24,000 bases of DNA, from assembly GCA_046759785.1 (NCBI GenBank), contig JBHICW010000006.1:1459-25458 (forward strand), given 5' to 3'. The stretch is from Alphaproteobacteria bacterium. GTDB taxonomy: Bacteria > Pseudomonadota > Alphaproteobacteria > JBHICW01. Numbering within the stretch: the first letter of the stretch is position 1; every line of letters starts with the position of its first letter. The notes under the pieces were generated by a model that was not told the DNA's origin, ran no database searches, and saw only the letters and a program-made list of their open reading frames with translations. Positions 1-7,896 of this stretch are shown here, in pieces. Both the position numbers and the translations under genes were made by a program.

Positions 1-835
1 GCTGACGCTCCTGGCGCCGGAGCTCTTGCTGCCTGAGCTCGTAACGGGTCAGGGTCTCGGCTCCAGGATGCACGACCACGCGGCCGGCCTGTCCGTCGAT
101 CACGATGGGGTCGCCGGAGCGGACCTTGTTGACGAGCCCGGGGACGCCTACCACCGCGGGCAGGCCGAGGGAGCGGGCCATGATCGCCGTGTGCCCTTCC
201 GCACCCCCGAGAGCGGTCGCGAAGCCGCCGACGCGCTGAGGATCCATGAGGGCAATGTCCGCGGGCGTCAGCTCCTCGGCCACGACGAGCGTGCCTTTAG
301 GCAGCCCGGTGAAGGCCTTGTATGGCGTGTTGGTGAGGCTGCGGACCAGCCGCGCGCCCACGTCCCGAACGTCCTGCACGCGGGCGGCGAGGTAGGCGTC
401 GGTCATCCCCGCAAAGGCACGGGTGATCTCGGCGAGCTCCTCGTGCACGGCCGCTTCGGCGTTGATCCGCCGGTCGGCGATGCGCCGCTCGACACCGCGG
501 ACGAGGCGCGAGCCCTTGAGCATCTGGGCGTGAGCGTCCAAGAGGTAGCCCAGCTCCTCGGCGGCGCTACCGCGCAGGTTCCGCACCTTCGCGCGCAACC
601 GGCCGATCTGCCGCTGGGCGAGCGCCACGGCCGCCCCGAAGCGCTCGCGCTCGGCGCTGACCCCCTCAGGCGGGATCTCATAGACCGGCACGTCGACGGC
701 GCCGCTTTCGACGACGTGGGCAGGCCCGATCGCGATTCCCGGCGCAACGCCGAGCCCGGTGAAGCTGGCTTCGGCCTGGGCCTTGCGGTCGGTGGGCGCC
801 GCCTCGGGCGGCGGGGCTGTGGGTTCAGCCTTCAT
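1..835 (-). CDS. ptsI: PEP-protein phosphotransferase Enzyme I, N-terminal ~278 codons; the gene runs off the left edge
   Basis: Absent from the ORF track because no stop lies in the window. Reverse-complement translation from ATG 835-833 gives MKAEPTAPPPEAAPTDRKAQAEASFTGLGVAPGIAIGPAHVV...LTPADIALMDPQRVGGFATALGGAEGHTAIMARSLGLPAVVGVPGLV...IVIDGQAGRVVVHP. The GHTAIMARSLGxPAVVG phospho-His motif and the N-terminal PGIAIGPA motif are EI hallmarks. The start overlaps the HPr stop by 11 nt. Confidence 0.9.
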   Translation of the reverse strand, partial: MKAEPTAPPPEAAPTDRKAQAEASFTGLGVAPGIAIGPAHVVESGAVDVPVYEIPPEGVSAERERFGAAVALAQRQIGRLRAKVRNLRGSAAEELGYLLDAHAQMLKGSRLVRGVERRIADRRINAEAAVHEELAEITRAFAGMTDAYLAARVQDVRDVGARLVRSLTNTPYKAFTGLPKGTLVVAEELTPADIALMDPQRVGGFATALGGAEGHTAIMARSLGLPAVVGVPGLVNKVRSGDPIVIDGQAGRVVVHPGAETLTRYELRQQELRRQERQ

Positions 836-1127
836 CGAACCGGGTGGCGATGAGCCTGGCCAGGGCCTCCACGGCCGCTTCCGCGTCCGAGCCCGTGGCC
901 AGGAGCTCGATTTCGGTCCCCGGCACCGCGGCCAGCATCATGAGCCCCATGATGGACAGCCCCGACACGACGACGCCGCTCTTGGCGACGCTGATCTCGG
1001 CGTCGAACCCACCCGCCGTCTCGACGAACCTTGCCGCGGCCCGGGCGTGGAGACCAAGGTCGTTCTCGATGGTCACCTTGCGCCGGACCACCGGGGTGTG
1101 GCGCGCCTCGACTCGGGGCGCGCTCAT
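825..1127 (-). CDS. ptsH: Phosphocarrier protein HPr/NPr (100 aa)
   Basis: The ORF contains the active-site block NDLGLHARAAARF (His15 equivalent). It also contains GLSIMGLMMLAA (Ser46 equivalent, the HprK target). It sits between the EIIA and EI genes. Confidence 0.9.
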   Translation of the reverse strand: MSAPRVEARHTPVVRRKVTIENDLGLHARAAARFVETAGGFDAEISVAKSGVVVSGLSIMGLMMLAAVPGTEIELLATGSDAEAAVEALARLIATRFDEG

Positions 1128-1531
1128 GACTTCTCCTTCTTGAGAAGCCAGCTCGCCACGTTGATGTACTTGCGGCCCGACTCCTGGGCGCTGGCGATTG
1201 CCTCGGCCAGGCTCTCGGTCTGCCGGATGCTGGCCAGCTTGATCAACATGGGCAGGTTCATGCCGGCGATCACCTCCACGTTGGCCTTCTCCATGATGGA
1301 GATGGCGAGGTTCGAAGGGGTCCCGCCGAACATGTCGGTGAGGAGAATCACTCCCTGGCCCTCGTCCACTTCGGCGATTGCCTGGAGGATGTCCTGGCGC
1401 CGCTGCTCCATGTCGTCGTCGGGTCCGATGCAGATGGCGCGGACGTTCGTCTGCTCGCCCACGACGTGCGCGGTCGCCGCGATGAACTCCTCGGCCAGCC
1501 GGCCGTGGGTCACGAGAACCATTCCGATCAT
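1124..1531 (-). CDS. PTS EIIA component, mannose/fructose family (135 aa)
   Basis: Only the last 135 aa of track ORF 1124..2128 are credible: MIGMVLVTHGRLAEEF...LLTDMFGGTPSN...NLPMLIK. The VTHG phospho-His and DMFGGTP motifs are typical of EIIA-Man. ATG at 1531-1529 lies inside an ATGA overlap with the rapZ stop. The rest of the 334-aa ORF is out of frame over rapZ. Confidence 0.85.
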   Translation of the reverse strand: MIGMVLVTHGRLAEEFIAATAHVVGEQTNVRAICIGPDDDMEQRRQDILQAIAEVDEGQGVILLTDMFGGTPSNLAISIMEKANVEVIAGMNLPMLIKLASIRQTESLAEAIASAQESGRKYINVASWLLKKEKS

Positions 1532-2478
1532 CGCTCGATCGCCTCCCTCGCCGGTCTCGGTGCCTCCTCGAACATGTCCCGGTGGTGAACCCTCACCCGC
1601 TCCCTGTGCTCTTTCAAGACGGCGGCCAGCCGTTCGGCGACGAAGACCGAGCGATGGCGGCCGCCCGTGCATCCGATGGCGATGGTGAGGTAGCTCTTGC
1701 CCTCCGTTTCGAAGCGGGGCAACAGGGGCAGAAGCATCGTGACGAGGCCGTCGAAGAAAGGCTGGAAACCGGGGTCTGCCTCGATGTAAGCGCCCACCTC
1801 GCGATGGCGTCCGGTGAGAGGCCGGAGGCGTTCGTCGTAATGGGGGTTGGCGAGGAAGCGGGCGTCGAAGACAAGATCCGCCTCGCGCGGTAGCCCCAGC
1901 CGATAGGAGAAGGACGTGACGAAGACGCTGAGCGACGGCCTGTCGTCGAGGGCGAAGTTGCCGGCGACGAGCCGCCTCAGGTCTGCCGCAGCCAGGTGCG
2001 TGGTGTCGATCACGAGGTCCGCCCTCTTGCCGAGCCCGGCCACCAGGCGTCGCTCGTGCTGGATGCCATCGATGACCGGTCGGTCGCTCGCCAAGGGGTG
2101 GCGACGCCGGGTTTCCGTGTAGCGGCAACGGAGCACCTCGTCGTCACAGTCGATGAACAGGAGCTTTGCATCGTAGTCCCCGCGGGCGAGCACCGGCTCG
2201 ACGATCTCGGCGAAGGCTTCGGGGCTGAAGTCACGGGTGCGGATGTCGACGTCGACGGCGAGGGGGCGCCGATTCGTCCCGACCGGACGGAGCACCTGCT
2301 CGAGCAGAGACAGGGGCAAGTTATCGACGGCCTCGTAGCCGATATCCTCCAGCGCCTTGAGGGCGGTGGTCTTGCCGGCTCCCGACATGCCGGTGATCAG
2401 GACCAAACGAGGCCGGTCGGCCGCCGGTCCGGTGTGCGCCGCAGCCGCCTCGGGGGAACAACCGGGCCGCGCGTTCAT
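1528..2478 (-). CDS. rapZ: RNase adapter / P-loop NTPase RapZ (YhbJ) family (316 aa)
   Basis: Walker A GMSGAGKTTALKALEDIGYEAVDNLP. C-terminal block IAIGCTGGRHRSV typical of RapZ. Position matches the classical rpoN-operon context. Confidence 0.9.
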   Translation of the reverse strand: MNARPGCSPEAAAAHTGPAADRPRLVLITGMSGAGKTTALKALEDIGYEAVDNLPLSLLEQVLRPVGTNRRPLAVDVDIRTRDFSPEAFAEIVEPVLARGDYDAKLLFIDCDDEVLRCRYTETRRRHPLASDRPVIDGIQHERRLVAGLGKRADLVIDTTHLAAADLRRLVAGNFALDDRPSLSVFVTSFSYRLGLPREADLVFDARFLANPHYDERLRPLTGRHREVGAYIEADPGFQPFFDGLVTMLLPLLPRFETEGKSYLTIAIGCTGGRHRSVFVAERLAAVLKEHRERVRVHHRDMFEEAPRPAREAIER

Positions 2479-2909
2479 GACGATGCCATTATATCCTGGT
2501 GCACCGCGCGCGCGGCAAGCCGCACCTTGGCGCAGGCCGAAGCGGTCAAGGCGTCAAGGCGCACGAGCGGGAGGCTCACGCCCAGGAGCGTGCAGGTGGC
2601 CGGCTGTGGAAGGCGCTCGACGGCCTCCGGCGGAACCAGCTCCACGACCAGTCCAAGTTGCGCGCTGGCGACGGTGGGCATCCGCACGACGCCCAGCCCG
2701 CGAACCTCGAGGAGGCCGGCGATCGCTTCCGGAGCCGAGGCGCTGAGCGTCCCCTGGGCCTCTTCGACGACGAGCTGGTCGTCCGCGACCAGGCGGCCGC
2801 CTCCGTCGATGAGCCGGAGGGCAAGGTCGGACTTGCCGCTCCCCGGAGGGCCGCGGAGCAGCACACCGGTGCCGTCGAGTTCGATGCAGGTACCGCGGAT
2901 GAGCGCCAT
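2475..2909 (-). CDS. hprK: HPr kinase/phosphorylase, short catalytic-domain-only form (~144 aa)
   Basis: MALIRGTCIELDGTGVLLRGPPGSGKSDLALRLIDGGGRLVADDQ...LLEVRGLGVV has the HprK P-loop and the LEVRGLG signature. I prefer ATG 2909. The track ORF begins at a TTG (2990) and adds 27 non-conserved residues. The stop overlaps the rapZ ATG (ATGA). Confidence 0.8.
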   Translation of the reverse strand: MALIRGTCIELDGTGVLLRGPPGSGKSDLALRLIDGGGRLVADDQLVVEEAQGTLSASAPEAIAGLLEVRGLGVVRMPTVASAQLGLVVELVPPEAVERLPQPATCTLLGVSLPLVRLDALTASACAKVRLAARAVHQDIMASS

Positions 2910-3014
2910 AGGGCGGCAAGCGTGGAGAGCGGGACGGGCTGAGTCAATCGCCGGCGGCGCTCGCCAAGGCCCGGGAGTCCAGGCCGCCAATCCTTGCGCA
3001 GGAGACGGTGCGCT

Positions 3015-3479
3015 TCAGGCCGCCTTCGACGCCTCCGACTCGCTGATCAGCGCGTGGATTGCCTCGCCGGTCTCCGAGCGGCGGAGTTTCTCGCACAGGG
3101 ACGTGTCCCGGAGCAGGCGCGAGATCCGCGCCAGCGCCTTCAAGTGGTCGGCGCCGGCTGATTCGGGTGCGAGCAACAGGAAAAGGAGGTCCACCGGCTG
3201 GTCGTCAATCGCGTCGAAGTCCACCGGGGTCTGCAGTCGCGCGAAAAGGCCGTAAAGCCGGTCGAGCTCCTTGAGCTTGGCGTGGGGGATCCCGATCCCG
3301 TGTCCGACGCCGGTCGTGCCGAGCCGTTCCCTTTCGAGGAGGGAGTCGAAGATCACCCGCTGGTGCAGCCCGGTGAGGGCCGCGGCCCGACGGGCCAGCT
3401 CCTGGAGGGCTTGTTTCTTGCTGGTCGCCCTGAGGTCGGGGATGACGCCCTTGGGCAAGACGAGATCGGCTATCTCCAT
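3015..3479 (-). CDS. ptsN: Nitrogen-regulatory PTS protein EIIA-Ntr (154 aa)
   Basis: TTGVGHGIGIPHAK phospho-His block and LLFLLLAP...HLKALARISRLL are typical of PtsN. It lies immediately downstream of hpf and rpoN. Confidence 0.9.
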   Translation of the reverse strand: MEIADLVLPKGVIPDLRATSKKQALQELARRAAALTGLHQRVIFDSLLERERLGTTGVGHGIGIPHAKLKELDRLYGLFARLQTPVDFDAIDDQPVDLLFLLLAPESAGADHLKALARISRLLRDTSLCEKLRRSETGEAIHALISESEASKAA

Positions 3480-3495
3480 GACCCTTCCTCACGCC

Positions 3496-3828
3496 TCAAA
3501 CGCCGCCGCCCAGGCCGGCCGCCTCGCTACCCTTGTGGTGGTCGCGTAGGCGGCGCTTGTGGCGGCGCAGCTGCTTCTCCATGTGTCCCGCCGCAGCGCT
3601 GAAACTCTGGTAGATGTCGGTGCCATCGGCGTGACTCTCCATAAAAATTCCCTTGCCCACGCGGACCGAGATACGGATCCGGTAGCCCGGCCCCTCGTGA
3701 GAGAAGGCCACGTGGGCCTCGATGGCGCCGTCAAAGTACTTGCTGACGCCACGGGTGAGCCGTGCCTCTATGCGGCGCTGCAGGTCTTCGCCAATGTCGA
3801 TGTGTTTGCCGGTGACGGTCACAAGCAT
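3496..3828 (-). CDS. hpf: Ribosome hibernation promoting factor / sigma-54 modulation protein, short form (110 aa)
   Basis: MLVTVTGKHIDIGEDLQRRIEARL...YFDGAIEAHVAF...VRVGKGIFMESHADGTDIYQSF..A...EKQLRRHKRRLRDHH matches the HPF/YfiA fold pattern. Canonical position after rpoN. Confidence 0.85.
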   Translation of the reverse strand: MLVTVTGKHIDIGEDLQRRIEARLTRGVSKYFDGAIEAHVAFSHEGPGYRIRISVRVGKGIFMESHADGTDIYQSFSAAAGHMEKQLRRHKRRLRDHHKGSEAAGLGGGV

Positions 3829-3995
3829 GGTCGTTGACGTGCGACCCCGGATGGTTGGTGTTTCGTGGTGCTGCCGCCCATCGCTGCCCTATGTGGCGAC
3901 GGGGCGGCCCGAATGGAAGCGCTCGACCATAACATGATGACCGAAAGACGGCCAGACCACCTGTCAACCCCGCTTGCGACCATCGGCTCCATCCC

Positions 3996-5531
3996 TCAGC
4001 ACAGCACCTTCTTGAGACGCCGGCGCTGCGCCGATGAGGGGATCTTGAGCGTACCGCGATACTTCGCCACCGTGCGCCGGGCGATGTCGACCCCATCCTG
4101 TCCCAGGATGTCCACGATATGGTCGTCGGACAGCACGTCGTCCGCGCTCTCGTTCTCAATGAGCTCTTTGATCCGATGGCGCACGGCCTCGGCCGAGTGC
4201 ACCTCGCCACCGGTCGTGCTGCCGACGGCCGAGGTGAAGAAGTACTTCATCTCATAGATGCCCCGTGGCGTCGCCATGTACTTGTTCGTGATGGTGCGGC
4301 TCACCGTGCTTTCGTGCATGGACAGCGGCTCGGCGACGTCGCGGAGAACCAGGGGGCGCAGATGCTGGACGCCGTGGATGAGGAAGGCGTCCTGCCGGCG
4401 TACGAGCTCGCCGGCGACCCGGAGGACCGTGTTGCCCCTCTGGTGAAGCGACTTCACCAGCCAGTTGGCGGAGCTGTATTGCTCGGTAACGTAGTCCCGC
4501 TCTTCCGTCGTCTTCGCCGCCCCGACCACCTCGATGTAGTAACGCTCGTTCACCAGCACGCGCGGCAGGGTTTCCGTGTTGAGCTCGATGAGCCAGCCCC
4601 CGTCGGGACGCTGGCGGACAAAGACGTCCGGCACGATCGGCTGCACGACCTCGCGGTCGAACGCGAGGCCGGGCTTGGGGCTCAAACACCGGATCTCGGC
4701 CACCATTTGGCCGAGGTCCTCCGCGTCGACCCCGCACCGCTTCATGAGACCCGCCATGTCGCGCCGCGCGACGAGGTCGAGGTTGTCAAGCAGGCGTTCC
4801 ATGAGCGGGTCCAGGCGGTTCCGATCCTTGAGCTCAAGGGCCAGGCATTCCTTGAGGCTGCGCGCGAAGACCCCGGCCGGGTCGAAGCCCTGGAGCTTGG
4901 CCAGGGTCGCCTCGAGCCGGTCGAGGCCGCAGCCCAGGAGCTCCGCGGCCGAGGCGAGATCGGCGGTGAGGTAGCCCGCCTCGTCGATCATGTCGATGAG
5001 GTGGACCCCAATGATCCGTTCGGCCGGGTCCAGGAGGTCCATGTTGAGTTGGTCGAGCAGGTGCTCGCGCAGGGTCTTGGGCTGGCTCAGTGTCTGCTCG
5101 AGGCTCGCCGGCTCGCGGTCGAAGTCGGCCTGCCGGCTTCCGCTCCGCCAGGATCCGAACGGCGCCGTGGCGGCCGCCGAGTCGGCCCCGGCAGCGTCCG
5201 AGGACCAGAGGTTTTCGTAGTCCGTATCGAGCGGGGCCTCGTCTTCGGCCGGCAACCCGGCGTCCGTGGTGATCGCGGTGCTGTCCCGCTCCAACCCTGG
5301 TCCTGCAGCGGTCTCCGCCGCCTCACCGTCGCCGTCCAGCGTCGGCTGGTGGAGCTCGCCCTCGTCATCCTCGAGCAGGGGGTTGCGCTCGAGCTCCTGC
5401 GCCACGTAGTCGGCAAGTTCCAGGTTGGACAACTGCAGCAGCTTGATGGCCTGCTGCAGCTGCGGTGTCAGCACCAGCGCCTGCGTCTGGCGCAGGTGGA
5501 GACGTTGGGTGAGGGACGGGCCGCGGGGCAC
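3996..5531 (-). CDS. rpoN: RNA polymerase sigma-54 factor (511 aa)
   Basis: N-terminal region I LTQRLHLRQTQALVLTPQLQQAIKLLQLSNLEL. An acidic region II follows. C-terminal RpoN box ARRTVAKYR. GTG start at 5531, 2 nt after the lptB stop. Confidence 0.95.
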   Translation of the reverse strand: MPRGPSLTQRLHLRQTQALVLTPQLQQAIKLLQLSNLELADYVAQELERNPLLEDDEGELHQPTLDGDGEAAETAAGPGLERDSTAITTDAGLPAEDEAPLDTDYENLWSSDAAGADSAAATAPFGSWRSGSRQADFDREPASLEQTLSQPKTLREHLLDQLNMDLLDPAERIIGVHLIDMIDEAGYLTADLASAAELLGCGLDRLEATLAKLQGFDPAGVFARSLKECLALELKDRNRLDPLMERLLDNLDLVARRDMAGLMKRCGVDAEDLGQMVAEIRCLSPKPGLAFDREVVQPIVPDVFVRQRPDGGWLIELNTETLPRVLVNERYYIEVVGAAKTTEERDYVTEQYSSANWLVKSLHQRGNTVLRVAGELVRRQDAFLIHGVQHLRPLVLRDVAEPLSMHESTVSRTITNKYMATPRGIYEMKYFFTSAVGSTTGGEVHSAEAVRHRIKELIENESADDVLSDDHIVDILGQDGVDIARRTVAKYRGTLKIPSSAQRRRLKKVLC

Positions 5532-5533
5532 GT

Positions 5534-6388
5534 CTATAGGCTGAAGCTCTCGCCCAGGTAGAACCGCCGTACATCCTCGTGCGCGACGATCTCCGGCGGT
5601 GCCCCTTCCATCAGGACCATGCCGTCGTGAAGGATGTACGCGCGATCGATGATGTCGAGCGTTTCGCGCACGTTGTGGTCGGTGATGAGAACGCCCAACC
5701 CATGGTCCTTGAGGTGGACCACGAGGTCACGGATTTCGCTCAGCGCGATCGGGTCGATCCCGGAGAGAGGCTCGTCCAGCAACATGAAGCTGGGCTGGGA
5801 GGCGAGCGCGCGGGCGATCTCGACGCGGCGCCGCTCGCCGCCGGAAAGGGCAAGCGCGGGCGTACGCCTGAGGTGCGTGATCGAGAACTCGGCGAGCAAC
5901 TCGTCCAGCATCGCTTCGCGCTTCTCCCGGATGGACTCCACCACCTCGAGGACGGCGCGGATGTTGTTCTCCACCGACATCCCCCGGAAAATCGAGGCCT
6001 GCTGGGGGAGATACCCCACGCCGAGCCGCGCTCGGCGGTACATCGGAAGGCCCGTGATGTCGTGCCCATGGAGCCAAATGGTGCCGTAGTCGGGCGCGAG
6101 TAAGCCGGTGATCAGATAGAAGCAGGTGGTCTTCCCGGCCCCGTTGGGGCCGAGAAGGCCGACCACCTCCCCCCGCTGCACCGAGATGCTGACCCCGCGC
6201 AGGACCAGGTGCTTACGGTAGCGCTTGGAGAGGCTGTGAGCGGCCAGACCCGCGTTGTCGGCGACCAGCCGGGGTGATGCGCCCTTATTCTCGCCGGCCC
6301 CGTCACGGTTGGGGCCGGTGAAAACGGGCTGCGCCTGGTCTAGCCCGCCTTGACGCCCAAACGAACCCGCAGATACAGGCCCGACCAT
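5534..6388 (-). CDS. lptB: LPS export ABC transporter ATP-binding protein LptB (~284 aa, with N-terminal extension)
   Basis: Walker A GPNGAGKTTCFY, signature LSGGERRRVEIARAL, Walker B FMLLDEP and H-loop ITDHNVRE. Located between lptA and rpoN. I prefer ATG 6388 (GGAGA about 9 nt upstream) over the track GTG at 6397. Confidence 0.9.
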   Translation of the reverse strand: MVGPVSAGSFGRQGGLDQAQPVFTGPNRDGAGENKGASPRLVADNAGLAAHSLSKRYRKHLVLRGVSISVQRGEVVGLLGPNGAGKTTCFYLITGLLAPDYGTIWLHGHDITGLPMYRRARLGVGYLPQQASIFRGMSVENNIRAVLEVVESIREKREAMLDELLAEFSITHLRRTPALALSGGERRRVEIARALASQPSFMLLDEPLSGIDPIALSEIRDLVVHLKDHGLGVLITDHNVRETLDIIDRAYILHDGMVLMEGAPPEIVAHEDVRRFYLGESFSL

Positions 6389-6405
6389 GTCGTTCACTCT
6401 CCCCG

Positions 6406-6975
6406 CTAGTTCTCAGACTCCGATCGCCGCGGCACGAACAGGCCCTTCACCCGCTGGCCCGAACTGCCTGAGGCGTAATCTCCTTCGACCCGGGTCAACC
6501 CCGTCACGAGGTTAACCTCAAGCCGCTCGCCGCGGATGACATTCTGACCCCGGGTCAACACGACCGAGCCGAGCAAGTTTATCGTACTGGTCTTGACGTT
6601 GTAGACACCTTTCTCGCCTTGGGCCGTGTCGGCGGGCGACAAGAGCAACACGTTTCCCTGCGCCTCGATGCGCGAAATCGTCGTGCTGCCGTCCTCGCCC
6701 TCGCTGTAGTGGACGGTGAGCCTGTCGGCCTTGAGATGCAAATCGCCCTGCACGGCGTCGACGTTGCCGCGGAAGATCGCGATCCGCTGGTCCTGCTGGA
6801 CCTCCAGGCTGTCCGCGGCGATCTCGATGGGAAGCGTGGTGTCGTGTCGCTCCTTGAGATCGAGCTGGGCGCGCGAGGCGATGCCGCCGAGCGCGAGCCA
6901 GAGGACGACCGCCGAAAACAGGACAAGGGCGCGCACGCAACCGAGCCAGGTCCGGGCTGGCATATGCCTTCGCAC
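6406..6975 (-). CDS. lptA: LPS transport periplasmic protein LptA (OstA-like domain, 189 aa)
   Basis: Signal-like N-terminus followed by an OstA-type repeat pattern: IEIAADSLEVQQDQRIAIFRGNVDAVQGDLHLKADRLTVHY...IEAQGNV. Position is between lptC and lptB. An alternative start is ATG 6963. Confidence 0.8.
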   Translation of the reverse strand: MRRHMPARTWLGCVRALVLFSAVVLWLALGGIASRAQLDLKERHDTTLPIEIAADSLEVQQDQRIAIFRGNVDAVQGDLHLKADRLTVHYSEGEDGSTTISRIEAQGNVLLLSPADTAQGEKGVYNVKTSTINLLGSVVLTRGQNVIRGERLEVNLVTGLTRVEGDYASGSSGQRVKGLFVPRRSESEN

Positions 6976-6980
6976 CGTCG

Positions 6981-7631
6981 TTAGCCTCCCGCCGCGGGGT
7001 AAAGAATTAGTTTCACACGGCCGGTGAAGTATATCCTTTCCCCCTTGTCGACCGCGCGGAAGCCCGCGGCGGTGAGTAGACCCAGAGGCCCCTGGCCCTC
7101 TATGGGAACCTGACCTTCGGCCAGCCCCGCGTTGAAGTCGATCCGCGCGCTCGCGGTGTGCAGCTCATAGCCTTGGTCGGCGTAGAAGCTCACCGCGCCG
7201 TTGAGCTGAAGGGCCTTCGTCTCGTGGTTGAAGACCCCGGAGTCGGCAGTGAGCGCGAGCCAGTCTCCGTTGGCTAGCAAGATGTCGGCCTGAAGCCCTT
7301 TGAGAACGATCCGCTCCGGGTCCGACGGTTCTTGCGTGGCGGTCTCGGCGGTGACCGTGAACGGCTGGTTCTTGCCATCCGTGCCAAGGTACCGGGCGTT
7401 GGTCATGGAGAGCGTGCCGCTCTCGCTCTCCTTGATGTCGGCGAAGGAGATCCCGAGGCCCTCGTCGCGCTCGGTCATGTACGGCCAAGCCACCACAAGG
7501 GCCACGAACACGGCGGCGCTCAGCGGCAACACCAGCTTCATCATGGCGACGAAGCGGCTGTATCGGCGCCTCAGGGCGACGGGGCGGGACCGGACGCGGC
7601 GCGGCCGGGCGAACTGACGAGCGAAGGCCAT
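6981..7631 (-). CDS. lptC: LPS export system protein LptC (216 aa)
   Basis: Basic N-terminus and a single TM helix (LVLPLSAAVFVALVVAW), then a beta-rich periplasmic domain. The stop lies 5 nt before the lptA start. The call rests mainly on topology and synteny. Confidence 0.7.
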   Translation of the reverse strand: MAFARQFARPRRVRSRPVALRRRYSRFVAMMKLVLPLSAAVFVALVVAWPYMTERDEGLGISFADIKESESGTLSMTNARYLGTDGKNQPFTVTAETATQEPSDPERIVLKGLQADILLANGDWLALTADSGVFNHETKALQLNGAVSFYADQGYELHTASARIDFNAGLAEGQVPIEGQGPLGLLTAAGFRAVDKGERIYFTGRVKLILYPAAGG

Positions 7632-7852
7632 CGCCTCTGCTCAAACTCCTTGGGCGGCAGCCGAAGCCGCCGTGGCGACCGGGCGCCGAAGGCGGCGGAC
7701 GGAGCGGTGCAGTCGATTGCCCGCACGGCGTCCGACGGGCCGGGAACGGGCCCAACCGGCTTCGAAGACCATCGTCCAAACCTTCCGAAGTAAGACGGGC
7801 TGGGCACAAGCGCGGTTCTTCGGCACCGACGGATTATGGCGGCCCACCGAAT

Positions 7853-7881
7853 GGAAATCAACAAACGGAGCCGGCCGCTCC
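7853..7881 (-). terminator. Possible intrinsic terminator after the tri-domain ligase gene
   Basis: The minus strand reads GGAGCGGCCGGCTCC (5-bp GC stem), followed by GTTTGTTGATTTCC, which is T-rich for this genome. It starts 16 nt after the stop at 7897. The stem is weak. Confidence 0.3.
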
Positions 7882-7896
7882 ATCGCTCCATATGGT

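Noticed and set aside
1532-2128. N-terminal 199 aa of the 334-aa ORF 1124..2128
   Set aside because: This part overlaps rapZ in another frame and is Arg/Pro-rich nonsense. The EIIA-Man homology begins at the internal ATG 1531, which forms an ATGA junction with the rapZ stop.
3962-3967. Perfect TTGACA (-35-like, minus strand) in the rpoN-hpf spacer as a possible internal hpf promoter
   Set aside because: No acceptable -10 hexamer lies 16-19 nt downstream. TATGGT is about 30 nt away. An internal promoter may exist, but the sequence alone does not support this one.
4119-5561. 480-aa plus-strand ORF antisense to rpoN. Similar long ORFs: 9910..11688 (+), 18706..20394 (+), 1996..3255 (+), 759..1688 (+), 26..853 (+), 15749..16879 (-), 11567..12733 (+).
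   Set aside because: Each lies opposite or out of frame to a gene with unmistakable family motifs. Their translations are Arg/Ala/Gly/Pro-rich low-complexity strings with no recognisable motifs. This is typical of shadow ORFs in high-GC DNA, where stop codons are rare.
7380-7400. TGGCAC-like string (minus strand) as a candidate sigma-54 -24 element
   Set aside because: The downstream element is GCAAG rather than TTGCW at the required spacing, and the site is inside the lptC coding sequence.
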